Positions 1 to 15,377 of a stretch of DNA of 64,000 nt are shown piece by piece. Numbering within the stretch: the first letter of the stretch is position 1; every line of letters starts with the position of its first letter. The DNA comes from Marsupella aquatica (Eukaryota > Plantae > Marchantiophyta), in NCBI GenBank assembly GCA_973895155.1, contig OZ316894.1, positions 20,900,451 to 20,964,450 on the forward strand, written 5' to 3'. The translations under genes and the position numbers were made by a program. The notes under the pieces were generated by a model, which did no database searches, had not been told where the DNA came from, and saw nothing but the letters and a program-made list of their open reading frames with translations.

Positions 1-1685
<1,685 letters not shown>

Positions 1686-2659
1686 GTTATCAATCCTTAC
1701 CAACAACGAAGGGAGATGGATGGAGTATTTTGAATTGTAGATGGTGTATCAAATAGGAAAGGTGGGAAGGTTACCGGTAGTCTGTGAAGCAGTCACCAAT
1801 TAAGACACAACGCTCGCGGGTGGATTTGACTAATTCAATTTGTAGACACTTCCTGCTCTTCCATCAGTACTTGAATGAGCCAACTTGGACCTCGAGTATC
1901 ATTCTGTCAATTACTGACAATCGAGGAGGAACTGCCAATTGTACATATACATTGATTGCATAAACACGATTAAGTTACACTCGGGATTGAACTTCTATGC
2001 TCTCAAGAACGGGTAACGTGTTCGGATATGGGGAAAGGTACAGAGCATTAGGATTCTTTTGTAGCTGCAATGTTCAGAAAAGGTTGCTGTTTAGGAATGA
2101 TGTTCAAGAGAGGTTGCTGTTTTAGAAAGGTGTTTCAGATAGTCTTAGTTCAATTGTGAGCAAACAAATTACGTGACATCGACCAGCCAGAGAATCTGAA
2201 ACATGGCTGATGAAAGAGCAGTGTGCGGTTCGATTGCAAATATTAGAGCAAGTCGTCAAGTTGCAAGGGATGATACGTGCGGATTCGACTTGCGAGAATT
2301 GACATTTCGAATATTTTATAGGCCATCGACAAGCGCATCGGAAACCATTACAGATTGTCTAATTGCAGAGCCATATTTGTTCCAAATCGTTTGCGAGAAT
2401 CCAAACTTCTCTGACTTGTACCTCTCATGGATTGCTTTTAACCTGTTTGATCATCTGTAGGATCCAGAAGAGTGATCAGCAAGGGTGCATTAAAGGAACA
2501 TATATAAAACGTATCTGAACCGGTGGTTTTCCGAACCTACTGACAAGCCAATTACGCTCGGAGCTTGATCAGTACTGGAAGAGCTTGCTCGGAGTTTACT
2601 CGTGGAAAAAAAAGGAATAAGGTCCATCTCTGGTCCAGCAGCTCTCGCCTCATCATCAT

Positions 2660-2880
2660 CCACTTTGTATCAGTATTTCCGCCTCATCCTCTTTGTACTC
2701 CTTGTATGATTGCTTTCGCCTCCCCCCTCTTTGTACTCTTTGTTTGTTATTTCCAACTCACCCTTTTCCTACTCTTTCTAATACTGGTTTCGCCTGCCCC
2801 CTATTTTTACACTTTGTATTGATATTTCCACCTCACCCTCTTTCTACTCTTTCTATTATTGGTTTCGCCTCCCCCTCTGT
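2660..2880. repeat. Degenerate pyrimidine-rich direct repeats
   Basis: Repeated units of the form cctca(t/c)cctcttt(g/c)tactc and ggtttcgcct(c/g)cccc. Confidence 0.5.
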
Positions 2881-3221
2881 GGATGGATCTGCTTTCAAGG
2901 CAACAAAAAAAAATTGCCTTCTATCCAAGGCGTCATCACTACAATTGATTGACTGCAGATTAAAATCCGGGTTGCTTCTATTTATCACGGATTCTCCACA
3001 TATAAACACCATGGCCTCTCTCGGTTTTCTTCATTGAGTTCCTCAGTCGAAGTCCACTGAGTACCCCTGTAGCCAATTTTCTTTGCTTGGTTTTTTCGCT
3101 TGCCACTCAATTCCCCTCGTTTTTGTGGATCTTTCCTCTCAACAGAGCTCAGAGAATTTTCAGGTAGAGCATCAGATTCTATTGTTTTCGTGCCAGATCT
3201 TCTCAATTCACAGACTAGACA

Positions 3222-3604
3222 ATGAATCCCAAATCTCTCCTCGCCACCCTCTCAGTCCTCGTCTCGATGCTCATGCTCGCATCGACAGCTCACGGCTGTG
3301 TCAATTTCGGAGCATGCTTCTTTGTAGGTGACCCTGGCCACGCCTTTATGAATCTATATGACAACAATGCGAACACCCCAGTATGCGCGTGGACGGCTGG
3401 CCCAGCAGCGATGGCCTGTTCCACCTCAATTGCAGCCCCGGCGCTGCAGCGACCTGGGACCCCAACTCGTACGTCACCGTGTACACAACCGCAGCCGGCG
3501 CCACCTTGACGTTCCAGAACCCGCAGCCGGACTCGAATGGTTGCTCCGCTTCATGTCAATACGGGTGTTCGCCCTCGGACTGCTTCGTCCATTCTGAAGT
3601 ATGA
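3222..3604 (+). pseudogene. Small secreted cysteine-rich protein (~125 aa) with a single frameshift near 3385
   Basis: Signal peptide MNPKSLLATLSVLVSMLMLASTAHG/C. ORF 3222 joins ORF 3383-3604 (VDGWPSSDGLFHLNC...CSASCQYGCSPSDC) by a 1-nt shift. Intronless and GC-rich; TATA-like tataaa at ~3002. Confidence 0.7.
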
Positions 3605-4764
3605 GTTGAGAACTCAATGAGGCTGATCTAGCTGGGCGCAAGAACGACTTGAGAACTCAATCAGACTGTCTGGGCGCGAGCTCGGGCTGGAAGTCAGGCT
3701 TGGATGCAATTTAGCGTTATGAACTGGGCTTGCTTCGTTGCAAACTGGTCACATGAGCTGAATGTAACAGGCACATAAGCAACTTCAATTCCAACCGTAG
3801 GTTTAATTATTCTGTGTTGCCCTTTTGGCTGCGTGGTTAGAGCCCACCAGTCTGGAGTCTTACATATCTGTAGCTAGCGAGAGGATTGTGCCATTATAAT
3901 GGTAGATCTGGGTTTCTGTAGCATGTAGCTGTACCCTGCACATTCATGGAATACCGAGCTTCTGGTTAAAGAAAATTGTCACATTTGCCCAGAGGAAGTA
4001 AGTTCTAGTCCTTCTAGAACTTGGGGATATGAAATAGAATGAAACTGCAACCGGAACTTTGTAGTCGTGGGTGGAGATGGAGACCTTCGCATGTGACGTT
4101 ACTCAAGAAGTACCCAATCAACGAGTCTATCGTCGACGAAGAAAATGAATGCTTGAACAATGAAGTTAAGAACATCAAAAGTGTGGAAGAAACAACCATA
4201 AGCTGGGAGACAGGACGCATCTTGTTTTCATGAAGTAACTACTTCAACGAATGCCCCGCTTGCAAGTAGACTTGCCACTCTGCTACAAAAGCAGTCATTG
4301 TATGTAACGCCATCAGACTGCGTCTTAAAGATGAATCAGTGTAGGCAAAACATTTATGTAAGCTGTGAGTAAAACGGTAACTGGACATACACCACACCCA
4401 AGGAGAAATCAAAGCCTTGTGTCCACTGGTTTTGCACTGAGCTCAAGAGCTTCATCATATGATACGATTTCAAACTGCCATGAGCAAATTGGACTGATTG
4501 GTTTTCCAGCGTGGAAGGAGACAGCATCGAGGTCCACCAAATTTAAAGCAAAGAGCTCATGCAATTACTGGGTTCCGATAGTTCTCTGTTGAAAGCAGGC
4601 GTGTCTTTAAAAACCAATTTCAAGTGAGAAGGGTCAAAATTGTTATGCACGTTCCAATAAAATCCGCATACTATGGCCATCTTTACAAAGATGGCAGTGA
4701 AGAAACGTGCAACTGCATGGTCAGGGTCGGGACAGCCTGGCACATGTTCTGGACCAGAAAAGCT

Positions 4765-7700
4765 TCAATTTCGAGATCTCTTTCTAGCGGCTTTCATATC
4801 CAGCAGAAGAGCCTCAATTACTTTTCCAAAATATGCAACAGTCTCCTTCAAACTCGCCTTTCTGGATTCTTCAAAAAGCCACGCTACAGGAACGGGATAC
4901 CGGCCACTTCCATTGTACTCCTCAAGCTCCAGAAGAGCGGTTGTTACAGAACGATAGACTTCTCCACCGAGCTGTTTCTTCAAAGCGGATAATTGCTCAT
5001 TTTTGTGGTCAATTTCAGTCTGCATTCCAACCACATGTTGAACTTAACGACTCAAGAAATCCCTGGAGTAATCATGCGAAAAGAGTAAGCATGGTGAAAG
5101 AGGCACGAGGAAGACATGGAATGTTTTACCTTCCAATTATCGTCTCCAATATCCACCATTCGAAAAGGTCTGAATGCTGGGTTTCTTATAACTGCTTCCC
5201 ACTCTGAGAACAGCTGTTTCATCCTAATATCCCAATCACCATCATTTTTGTATTTTTTCTCAAAAGCACTTCCCCAAGAGCTCTCATCTATTGCACCAGC
5301 CATCTTCACTGCAACTCTTGCTTGCGGTTTTTTGGATGGCGCTTTTTTCTTTTCAAGCTGAAATTTCTTGTTGAGAGCAGCTTCGACGAGCTCCTTTCCC
5401 TCTTCGTTGAGAAGTTGCAGGACCTAATTTAAACAATCACTTCTATGAGAACGATGAAAGGAGATCTTCCCAACAGTGCAGCATCCCACAGAAAATATAA
5501 TAGTCGGAACTTGAAGAAAATGCTCAATAGATGCAGACGAAGATTCTAAAAACTAACTTGAATAGCACTTTGACGCGCTTCGACAATTTCGTCAGTGGCA
5601 ACTCTCTCCTTCACGATGAGGGCCTCCATAGTGTCTTGACAAAATTCCTGAGAGCTCTTGAGGTCGTCCAGTCTCTTCTTCAGTTCCTCCACCTTCTTGC
5701 TTTCATGTCCCGTGTCTTCGTTGTCGGTGGGGATGATGGTCAGCTTATCAAAAAGCTCTTCAAATTCAAGCATGTTGTGCAATTGTTGCTTCTCCATCTC
5801 GTCTTTTTGCCTGTTCGCAAGCTTGAGTGTTACCTTCTGTACTTCTTCAATGAACCTCCTTGTTTCCTTCTGCGAACATAGTCCTTCTCAGATGAAATGG
5901 AACAAGAAGTTCAATATCATGATGCCTTCTTTCTGGTCACAGTATCAAATACTAAGCAGCGGTTTCGTCCTGCGAGAAATTTGAAGTCATACAAAATTGA
6001 TCTTCTCCATCAAGAAACCTCCTTGAATCTCACCTCATGCTTTTGAAAGAGTTGTATCTTCTCTGTATTCTTCTGCTGTAGTAACCCTTGATGTTTGGAA
6101 AGCACTTCTCGTTTATGCAGATTCTGCACGATCACACTTGTGTACAAGAGTAAGCAGAGTGGCACCTAGTAGTGAAGAAAAGGAGCCGGCGATCAAGCCA
6201 ATACACTACACTGGTCATAGATTATACAATAGTCATTCACAATGCTGATGACCCTTAAACGCATGAAATCTCGTGATGAAGTTCGTTCTGATAGAAGAGT
6301 TGGTGAAGAGTTGGTGAGACTACCTCCCTCAATTGCTTTTGCAGTATGGATATCTCTGCAGCAGATGTCAGATGAGACTCTTTTTCTCGTAGCTCCTTTT
6401 CACGTTGACAGAGTTCGGCCTCCCTGTCCTCCAATGCCTGACGACTTTTTGATGTAGCTCGGTTATACTCTTCTTCAGAGTTCCGTGCCTTGATCTGAAC
6501 AGCTTCCAATTCTGGAAGTGAGGAGAGTAACGTCAGCGGCATGAACTAGAAGGAGGAGACGATGTGTTCTATAGGACCAACAGTAGATCACCTTTTCCAA
6601 TAGATCACGCTGCTGACAAAGAAATGTTGTTGACCACAGAGCTTCCTCCACAATACTTCTTTTGACACAAAACTAATTTCAGCTTAGGTAGAAGACTTGC
6701 CATCTAGTGCAAAGTAGAATCAATAGATAGTGTTACTGTGGCCTCTCCAAATTATGCTGGAAGAACAAGAAAATTCTGGAAATGGGTAAAGAGAGTTCAC
6801 TTTTTTTTATCTTGGCAGGTAGAATCAAAGTGCAAAAGAATCAACCACAAATCTCGTGTAGTCACAGCGAGATATTTACCGAATTTGTGAGACTCCACTA
6901 GTTGCTGTCTGTCAGCCTCAGCCGTTCGTCGAACAATCTCCATCTGAGTTTTCAAATGTTCAGATTCTTTGTTCTTCTCGGACACAGTTACAGCAAGTTG
7001 CCGGACCTGCTGCTCATGTATACGTTTCATTTCGTCTCCGACCATTCCGATGTCTTTTAGGTTGCCAACCTTCGTGAGGTACCTTCCAATCTCGTCACCT
7101 TGGCCTCCAAACCTTCCATTCAAGTCGTCTTCCCTTGCAAGCCACCCATAAAAGTTTTTTCCTAGATTTCCACAAGCTAAACGTCTCTCATAATCTCTAA
7201 GACCATGCTCCTTATCAAGGAAGGAATTCTCCAATGCTTGCGCATCTTTAAAACCTGACAGGTCTCTTGCGAAATGGAGGACACACATTCCGAGGTGACC
7301 TTGTGGACCCCACAAAACATGTACTTTATCAGGCTTGAAGTCTTTGAAATAAAGACTTAATTCACTCTTTCCAAGCCCAATTTGAGTTTCTACCTTTATG
7401 AGATCTCTTTGGCTGTTATCTATGTTGTAGACCACAATTGACCAAGGGGATACGAGCATGTCTACAGCGTATCGTCTACGAGGAAGTTCATCTCGCCGCA
7501 CTTTGAGAAGCCGTTCCGGTGCAGGGGTAGACCATGAAGACAAGTCGGACTCCAGGAACTTCTTGAGGGCACTGTGTTGTCCAGCTGGCTCAGGTCCTCG
7601 CTTCCCAGAGGCTACAGCTGTGGCGTGTTGAAGTAGGTCTTTGTATGCATATGCCTGCTTCTTCCTCGATGGGCTCAGTGGGCACCGCAGAGTTCCATCT

Positions 7701-7813
7701 TTGTTCTGTACTGTGAGTGCCTTGCCTCCTCTAAGTAAAGCCAGGGTGTTAGTCTCAGCCTCCAAAATCTCGGCGTTCTCATTTTCAAAATCCATGTCGT
7801 CGTCGGAATCCAT
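4765..7813 (-). CDS. IDN2/FDM-family zf-XS, XS, coiled-coil, XH dsRNA-binding protein (RdDM); approximate exons 7813-6880, 6511-6324, 6123-6034, 5869-5558, 5423-5130, 5019-4765
   Basis: zf-XS: TLRCPLSPSRKKQAYAYKDLLQHA. XS: VSPWSIVVYNI...GHLGMCVLHFARDLSGFKDA...YGWLAREDD. XH: NPAFRPF...ALLELEEYNGSGRYPVPVAW...RKASLKE. Canonical splice sites keep the frame. Confidence 0.9.
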
Positions 7814-10800
7814 TTTTTATCCTGGAAACCACATATGTAATCAAACACAGTCACGAGGACCCAAGGTTAGCAAGAGAGTGAGTTGAGCTTACTTCTCCTC
7901 TTTCGAGGGCACGTTGAAAAAGTTTAAAGCGTTGGTACAGTGCAGAAATCAACCCCCAGGAACACATTGAAACCGAGCAGTGCTAGCTAGGAGAGATGTG
8001 AATGCCTGCATGGTACAAATAGTACTCACCGCACAACAGTGCACCTGGGGAGTCAGAATGATGCCGCGTCAGAGACAAGAGTGACGCAAAGACCACTCTG
8101 CTGCTTTGGTTTTCCTGTAGTCCAGATTTCAAAGGGGCTGTTCTCAACCACAACTGTTCAAATATAGCGCAGGCAATAGCTAGCTGCATGAATGTTGGCA
8201 TCAGCAGCTTAGAATCTTGGTCCTTTAACTTGCAACACGTCGGGCATTCACCATGCTACTTCGTTTACTTTCCAAATGAGGTGACCTCCTTAGCTTGTTG
8301 TCGCTCTAGTTCTATGATTACAACTCCGCTCTCACTAACCAGAACCATGCATTTCATCTTTGTTTTCTCTCTTAGATTGCGATGGATCACTCTCCCTCCC
8401 AGTCAGACGTTCGTTCAGACAGAATCTCGAGTCCATCTCCGAGGACAGGGAAGGACCACCGGAGCAACAAGGAAGTAACTGGCGGGAAAGGACCCACAAA
8501 GCCAAGAAGAGAAGACACAGAGAGGTTTTGCCAGCAAACCGTTCAATTCCTTCACACCATCATGAACTGACCTTTCTTGTCCAAAGATTTGAAAACCCGT
8601 CTTTGCAACTCCAGCTCCCCTTCTGCAGATCGGTAATCGTGCAATCACAACGGGATTTTGGTAAGAACGTCTTGAGAAGAATAAGAAATTCTCTGGTACA
8701 ACAGAAGCAACTTGGTGCTCATGCTCAATAAACTAAAGGAGCTTGTTAAATTCAAATGAACGTGCCGAGCTGCTGCATACACTAGAATTCACGCAACTGG
8801 GAAAAAGAACAGTTGTGGGCTCCTCAGGACAAACCAAGTGGAAGTCAAGGCCTGTCGAAAGACGTCAAGATAAAAGCATTCCTCAACAGCGCACGACAAG
8901 CCGACAAGAGGAATCCCGAAATTTACAGATTGGGTTTGAGAAAGACAAACAATCAACTGGGGATAGTAACGCGTGAATGAGACGAGTAAGACGGATGCTC
9001 TGGAAGACAGAGAGACTAAAACTGCCTAAATCATACGAGCATTGGCTGGAAGATCGAATTCTGAAGAACCTCTACGAATAGACAAATATTTACTCTATCG
9101 CTCGCTCGGGAAGTCGACCTTGTATGCGTCGTACACACTTTCCAAAGGAGAGATTGCAGTCCTCAGAGTCTTGAATCTGTCCCAACAAAGCTCGCAAATA
9201 TCTTGATGCTTGCTCGGAGTCTTACATCTTCCCAAATACCTTGAGTTTTGCTCGTAGTCTTAAATCGTTTCCAGACTAGTTCACATTCCGAGTGCGACTC
9301 AAATGCAAACCAGCTTACTGCAGCCACTGCTGTAGATAAATGAAGTGAAATCATAAAACCCAACGGAATAGTTCCATACTACAGCATTTCCACAAGAGCA
9401 AGAACAGGAAACGATGGAAAAGCCCATCGAATTCGTACTAGAAATTATTCTGTTGCGAGTGCCGAACGGGAATGAAACAGAGCGTCAAAAGATTCTCCGA
9501 GGAATGACTTTTCGAGGGACACGCTCGGTCACAGTACAGTAATGATTACAGCCGTCAGCCCATTAACTCTATTAATTGAATCTGTAAGGATGTATTGCGA
9601 AATATCTAAATATCTAATTCACGGCTATTGTCAGTATGGACGCACATTAATGCATGGATCTTGAGAGGTTACACTACTAAGGCAAGGCTTTTATAGGGTC
9701 GCAGTCATTAGTGACCGTCTGCCGATTGATTCGGGCAGCATGACCTTTGCGCGGGGTGGGTTTGGGGAGGCAGTCCCGTCCGGGCTGTCCCTATTCTACT
9801 TCCCTGCCACCGGACCCAGGCCCACTATCACCTCACCTGCCAAGCCTTCGTGTGTCGGCCCGCCGAACCCCACCCCCCTAAACCCCGTCCCCCATCGAGT
9901 TTGCATACACATAGGATGCTATGTGCTACGTGTATACTGTATGTGAACAGTTTTGTGCATCTTTGCGTGTTGGGTAGCCCATTCAGTCCCATTGGCTGAA
10001 TGTACTCATTCCTGCCAGGCCTTTTCCTAACTTATTGCATACCCTGCCATTCTATACTTCAACAGTCGACATTCCGTTGCGAGGCACATGTCCAAAGCAT
10101 GGATTCAGCATCATTTTTGGTAAAATTTGCATTGTTTGAATGGAACATTTAGGTTGACCTTTAATTCATGCCTTTTTTTCAGAGAGCTTTTTTGCATTGG
10201 CTTACGCATTATTCTGCCTTTTTTGCAAAGAGCTTTAAGTTCAGCAAAGTCCGTTCTCAGTCCCATACGTTTGACAGCAGCCAGAGTAACTCCATATCGG
10301 TAAGGCAACATCAATGCTGATATCAACTCTGGTCGATGTGCAGAATGCCGTCATGATAGAGGAGACAGGGTATATCGGACCATGTACTGTTGTGGTATTC
10401 AATTTCATTGCTAGCAATCCCTTCCCAAAGAAATTTGTGTATCAAGGTTGTATAGAGGTTATCCACCGGGGCATGTGCATGATCTCAATCTAAGGCCCTA
10501 GAGGCACTCATTGCCAGCATGATGCCTTACAGAATGGACTTCAGAGTGAATTCTATCGTTTTGAGGTGTTGATGACCAATGCTACGTTGCAATCTAATGC
10601 CCATAAGTCCTCTTTGAGAGCTTGTATTTGGGATGCCGCGAGGGATTTAGTGGGAGTCTCTGCAAGGGCATTAGGTTGTATGGAGGCAATCGATCAGTTC
10701 CAAGTCATACATGATTCTCTCAAGCATGCGTTGCTCTGCAATGTGAGATTCTGGATTAATCGCAAAATCAGTCTATTCATGAGTTGGAGGTTGTTTCAAC

Positions 10801-11727
10801 AAACACTCAATTACCACAGTCACGTCTATGGACACAAACGCAAACTCCGCAACAACAAGGATCCCAACATCCTCAGCGGTCACCACGACTATGGGCTTCG
10901 AGTGAGGGAGGCACCCCATATATTTCAACCCAGTCAAATGTCATTCCAACCCCGTCTGCTTCTGCTATCATCCCCCGCCCCTATGTGCAATACACCATCC
11001 GCAAATCCAGTCCAATCACCAATAATTCAATCGTAGGGCTCTTGCACAATAGGTACATCAAGTGGAGTGCCAATATTGGACGTGCTCCAGGGTGAACAAC
11101 ATGTCCATGCCAACAAAAAAATCCAGGTGGGCATTTCCATGTCTTCCATTGTTCGACGCCTAACAAAAGTTTTCAGTGCCTCATTGGATGTCTACTTCGG
11201 GTGTGACAGATAGACAGTGTAGAATTCAATATAGTCAATTTAGCACTTGCAAGTACTGTGTGTTATCGTTCTGTGTTGCACCTTGTTGCAATACAGGAAA
11301 ATGTTGGATTCACTATGACTGTATGACAAAGTAAGGAAACTTTTTGTATTCATAGTGTTGTGTCATGCTTAACCTACACTCTTACTTGCCAACATCAATT
11401 TCCTTAAATATGTACTAAAGTATAGTGTGAATACTGTTGACTGCAATTGTCGTGCATTCCAAAAAAATTAAGTCCCAATGATTGGCATTGTCAATCCTTT
11501 GCATTCGCAGTCTCATTCATTCAGGCGTCATGTGTAATATGTATTGCAATGGTTGCTTCACTAAATGGATATGAAACGAATAAAATGCTACTTACGCTAC
11601 AAGTGAAGTCAGTAATGGAATGAATGATTCCCCTTATGTGATTAGTAATTGATTACTGAGTATTCATATATATTGCAGCCTGTGATTGATGGTGAGTATT
11701 CATATATATTGCAGGTGTGAAGATAGT

Positions 11728-13517
11728 ATGGCGCGAACCAAGAGCCAGGTACTTACAAATCATTGAAACCTGATTCGGTTTACTTAAACTGCCTTCCAGC
11801 TCATTAATTTAATTTAAGTTAGTTTGACATGTACACCATGTCACTCACTCATTGGGTTTTCATTTCAGGCCTCTAAGAAGAGGCTCGCTATGTGGGACAA
11901 TGCCCATTGCTTGCCCATTGTAGTAGACGTGGAACCAAGTGTGCATGGTGGTCCATTGTTGGAGGCAAACATGCTAGTGCTGCCCGCAATGCTGACAGCA
12001 ACACCTGCATCGAATGGTGGCCTCACTCAATTTCAATTTGTTCACTCACAAGGGCATCCTTCACTCACTCCGGTGCTAGCTCTACCAACACCATCTTGCA
12101 CGTTGTTGCCTCACTCATTGCCACCTACCCACAATGAGGTCATTGCAGTCACACTAACTGCCCCATCCAAACCAGTGCCAAGCACAATTGGAAAGAAAAG
12201 GAAATGTAATGTTTGTTCGGAGAACCCTATTCCATCCATCAGGTTCACTCCACGACAAGCTAAGGTTGGGGTTTAGTATAATGAACAGCCCCGATTGCCC
12301 AAAACAAAAGGCAAGGCACAGGTCAAATTTATAGACACATACACATCCAACACTGATGTGGAGGACTCTGATCCAGCCCCCAAAAGAGGGACCCGCATTG
12401 GCTGTCATCTTTCGGCAGACATACTGTCTCCAACGGGGAGGTTGGACTAGAAGCCTTCAGATGTGTGTGAATGTGTAGGAAGGCCCGAAGCATGTGCCAA
12501 CTGCAAATCTGTAAGAAGGGATCCACATGTCTTGTTTGTACATGAATTATCAATTATTTACGTGCCTTTCTACAATTGCGACTGTGTAGTGGCATTGATG
12601 ATTTCTGTCGTACACTTGTGAACAAGAATCAACAGTCATATGCAAGGCTAAAGAGGGAGTTCATTTCTCTCAATATTTTAATGGCGTTGTGTGTAAGACG
12701 TTGCCTTCTAAGAATTGTCTTTCAAGAACCTTTGCACATATGGTTGGCCTCATTCACAATTGGGTGTACCTCGCAGGAACCACTTTCAGGACTCAAAAAC
12801 ATGCTTTTTTAGTGAAAAATGATTTTCGTAACATGGAAAAAGGTTCATCATGATTTTATCTCAGGACATTTAAGTCTAATTTTTTTACAAGACTATTTTA
12901 CATGGTGTAACCTACCTCACCATGTAGATACATCAAGTTTTCAACTGTTTTAAGGGATCCTATTATTGATGGCCCTAAATAAGCCAAAATTACTGATTAT
13001 TTTTGTCCTGTACATAAAGGTTTAGTGTGTGTCACTATTTAAGTTTTGAAATATAAGATTATGCTATTAGTATGCATGCTTTGGTAAAATTTTATTGTCT
13101 AAAATGCATTTTTTAGAGTCCTTTTGAGTCCTGAAATGATGTGACCCGTTGCGTGACAAGTCATTTTATCAATCTTTGAAGGACATATAAGGAAAACTTC
13201 AAAGTCTCAAATGCTAGATAGTTTAATGAATGTTACCAACCTATAGGATGTTTATTAAGTATAGTACATCAAATTTTCTATATCATCTCATTACACCCTA
13301 AAAATGATATCCTAAAGCATAATAAACTATGGTCACTTTTGAGTGTGACGTTCCTTTTGGGTCCTCCAATTGTGAATGAGGCCGGTTGCCATGTTTTCAA
13401 GAAGCATGGTCTCATTAGTGAAGGGACCCCTCGATTATTGTATACTAAAGACGTTGTTGCACAGCAATAACGTGAGGCAAGGAATGTTGCACGGCAAAAG
13501 CAGCCAAGGGCTGAATA
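11728..13517 (+). pseudogene. Spliced orphan gene starting MARTKSQ|ASKKRLAMWD, later interrupted by a TIR element; 3' end approximate
   Basis: ATG at 11728; phase-0 intron 11749-11868 (GT..tttcag) joins ORF 11824-12276; downstream exons are degenerate. Confidence 0.45.
12746..13383. mobile_element. Non-autonomous TIR element (638 bp), 18-bp perfect TIR, 4-bp TSD GGTT
   Basis: ggtt|GGCCTCATTCACAATTGG ... CCAATTGTGAATGAGGCC|ggtt; AT-rich non-coding interior. Confidence 0.9.
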
Positions 13518-13884
13518 ACCCCAATTTAAGGAAAATCAAACTTTGGAAATTCTGAAAATACCTAAATATTATTATTTTAATATGACAGCAATTGCCTGTC
13601 AACGCTTCCGATTACCACGCTTAAAAAATGACAAGAAAAGGGGGCGACATGACGCGTCGTTGCGTGTGATACCCTGAAAATGACTGCAACATCACATTTT
13701 AACAACACTAAGATTTGACGCAATCCAACTTGACGGGACCAACAGACAACGAATAATAAAAATAGAGAAATAAATCTCTGAGATCCTTTATATATGATAA
13801 CCCATTTAGAGAGATTACAAATAGTTTCTAGCACAACAATACCAATGGGGAGTTTCTCCTACCGAATATTATTTCGGAAGCGTC

Positions 13885-14576
13885 CTAAGCTGGGCGTCTG
13901 TTAAACTGCTCTACTAGATATCTATCTCCATGCCTCTGAATCAAAGGGTCTTCCCATATAGTATGATTATAATCATAATCTCTAAAAAGAGATTTAACTG
14001 ACCAATCAGGATAACCTCTTCCATTGGCAACGAGAAGCAGCTCAAAAGATTTCGCGAGCTTGCTAAGATACGGAATCAACATGTTAGTCAGGAAACAGTC
14101 ATCGTCCGACCCAAAATATTTGGGCGGAAATAATGATCCAAAAACAGGATCTAAACAAGCATGAAATGCATCGGATTCGATAAGCATTATATTTTTCTGC
14201 AGATACGTCTCCGTATAACTTTCAACTTTATCAAAACACTTCAAAAATATCCGCTTATTTGAGGTCGCCCCATCGCATAAGTAACAATGAGACTCATCCC
14301 AAATATACTTAAATGAGGCCATTTCCATCACAATAAAAATAGACGCTAAAATCTGATCTAAAAGGTTCTTCTTAAGAGATGACGAGATCCCTACGTCGAA
14401 ATTCTCAAAACAGAATCTCACAAATTCGTGAAGATAAGGCCTTGGAAAAACGTATACATTCCCAATACAAATTCCAGTTGAGACCGCCATCAGTCGGGAA
14501 TGCGGTGTAGTGTAACAGAGTAGATGCTCCACATCTAAAACTATGAGCTGAGTTTCTCTGCTACAATGTATCTCCT
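13885..14576 (-). CDS. FCP1/SCP-like HAD phosphatase domain, copy 3 (degenerate motif I)
   Basis: LIVLDVEHLL...FPRPYLHEFVRFCFENFDVGISSS...YIWDESHC...FLKCFDKV; acceptor tctctacag at ~14576. Confidence 0.8.
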
Positions 14577-14667
14577 GTAGAGAAACACAATACAAGATAA
14601 ATGAGCCCGTGTGGATGTTGCCACGCGAATAGTCGCGTCACGGATTTACAGACAAATAACATATCCT

Positions 14668-15377
14668 CTACACTCTGGCCTTTGATAAGTGACGTATGTT
14701 GAAGTACTTCATAAGAACTTGATCAGCATGTCTCTGCATGTACAGATGCTCCCATATATCCTCATTCAAAGTCCAATCTAGATGTAGATTTATAATCGAC
14801 CAGATGGGATAATCCAACGTGTTAGCGAACGCAAGACAAAGCCCGGAATGTGATAGCTTCAGTAAATGTGGAATGAGAGTATCCCTCAAAAAGATATCAT
14901 CCAAGGATCCTTGAAACGTCTTTGTAAACAACAATCCACATACACCTGTCTGGCATGTATGGGATGGACAGGCATCAATCTGGATTATATTCTCTGGTCG
15001 ATAATCTTGAAACATATCACGTAGTCTGTCCATAGATTTGAAGACAACTCTCTTATAACATTTCTTCACATAACCAAGATGCCAGCAATGATCCTGGGTG
15101 AAAACATATCTCAGCTGCGACAGGTCCATGCTCGACAACATTTCTGAAAGTATCTGATAAACCAGTTTATCCTCGAGGGTAGACCAAACCATCACATCAA
15201 AATTATCATAACAGAATTTTAGAAAATCATGAAGATATGGACTCGGAACGACACATAGAGATCCGATACAAATTTCCGTAGTCCACTTGAGCTCAAGAGT
15301 ATATTTCTTAATATAGCATAGAAAGTTTTCCACTCCTAAAACTAGAAGTTGACGCGATCTGCTCCACTTAGTCTCCT
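14668..15377 (-). CDS. FCP1/SCP-like HAD phosphatase domain, copy 2 (degenerate)
   Basis: LLVLGVENFL...PSPYLHDFLKFCYDNFDVMVWST...YVFTQDHC...VVFKSMDRL...ENIIQIDA; acceptor gatttacag. Confidence 0.8.

Noticed and set aside
6166-6175. TAGTAGTG as a CACTA right end
   Set aside because: It lies in an intron of the host gene, on the wrong side of the candidate left end, with no extended TIR match.
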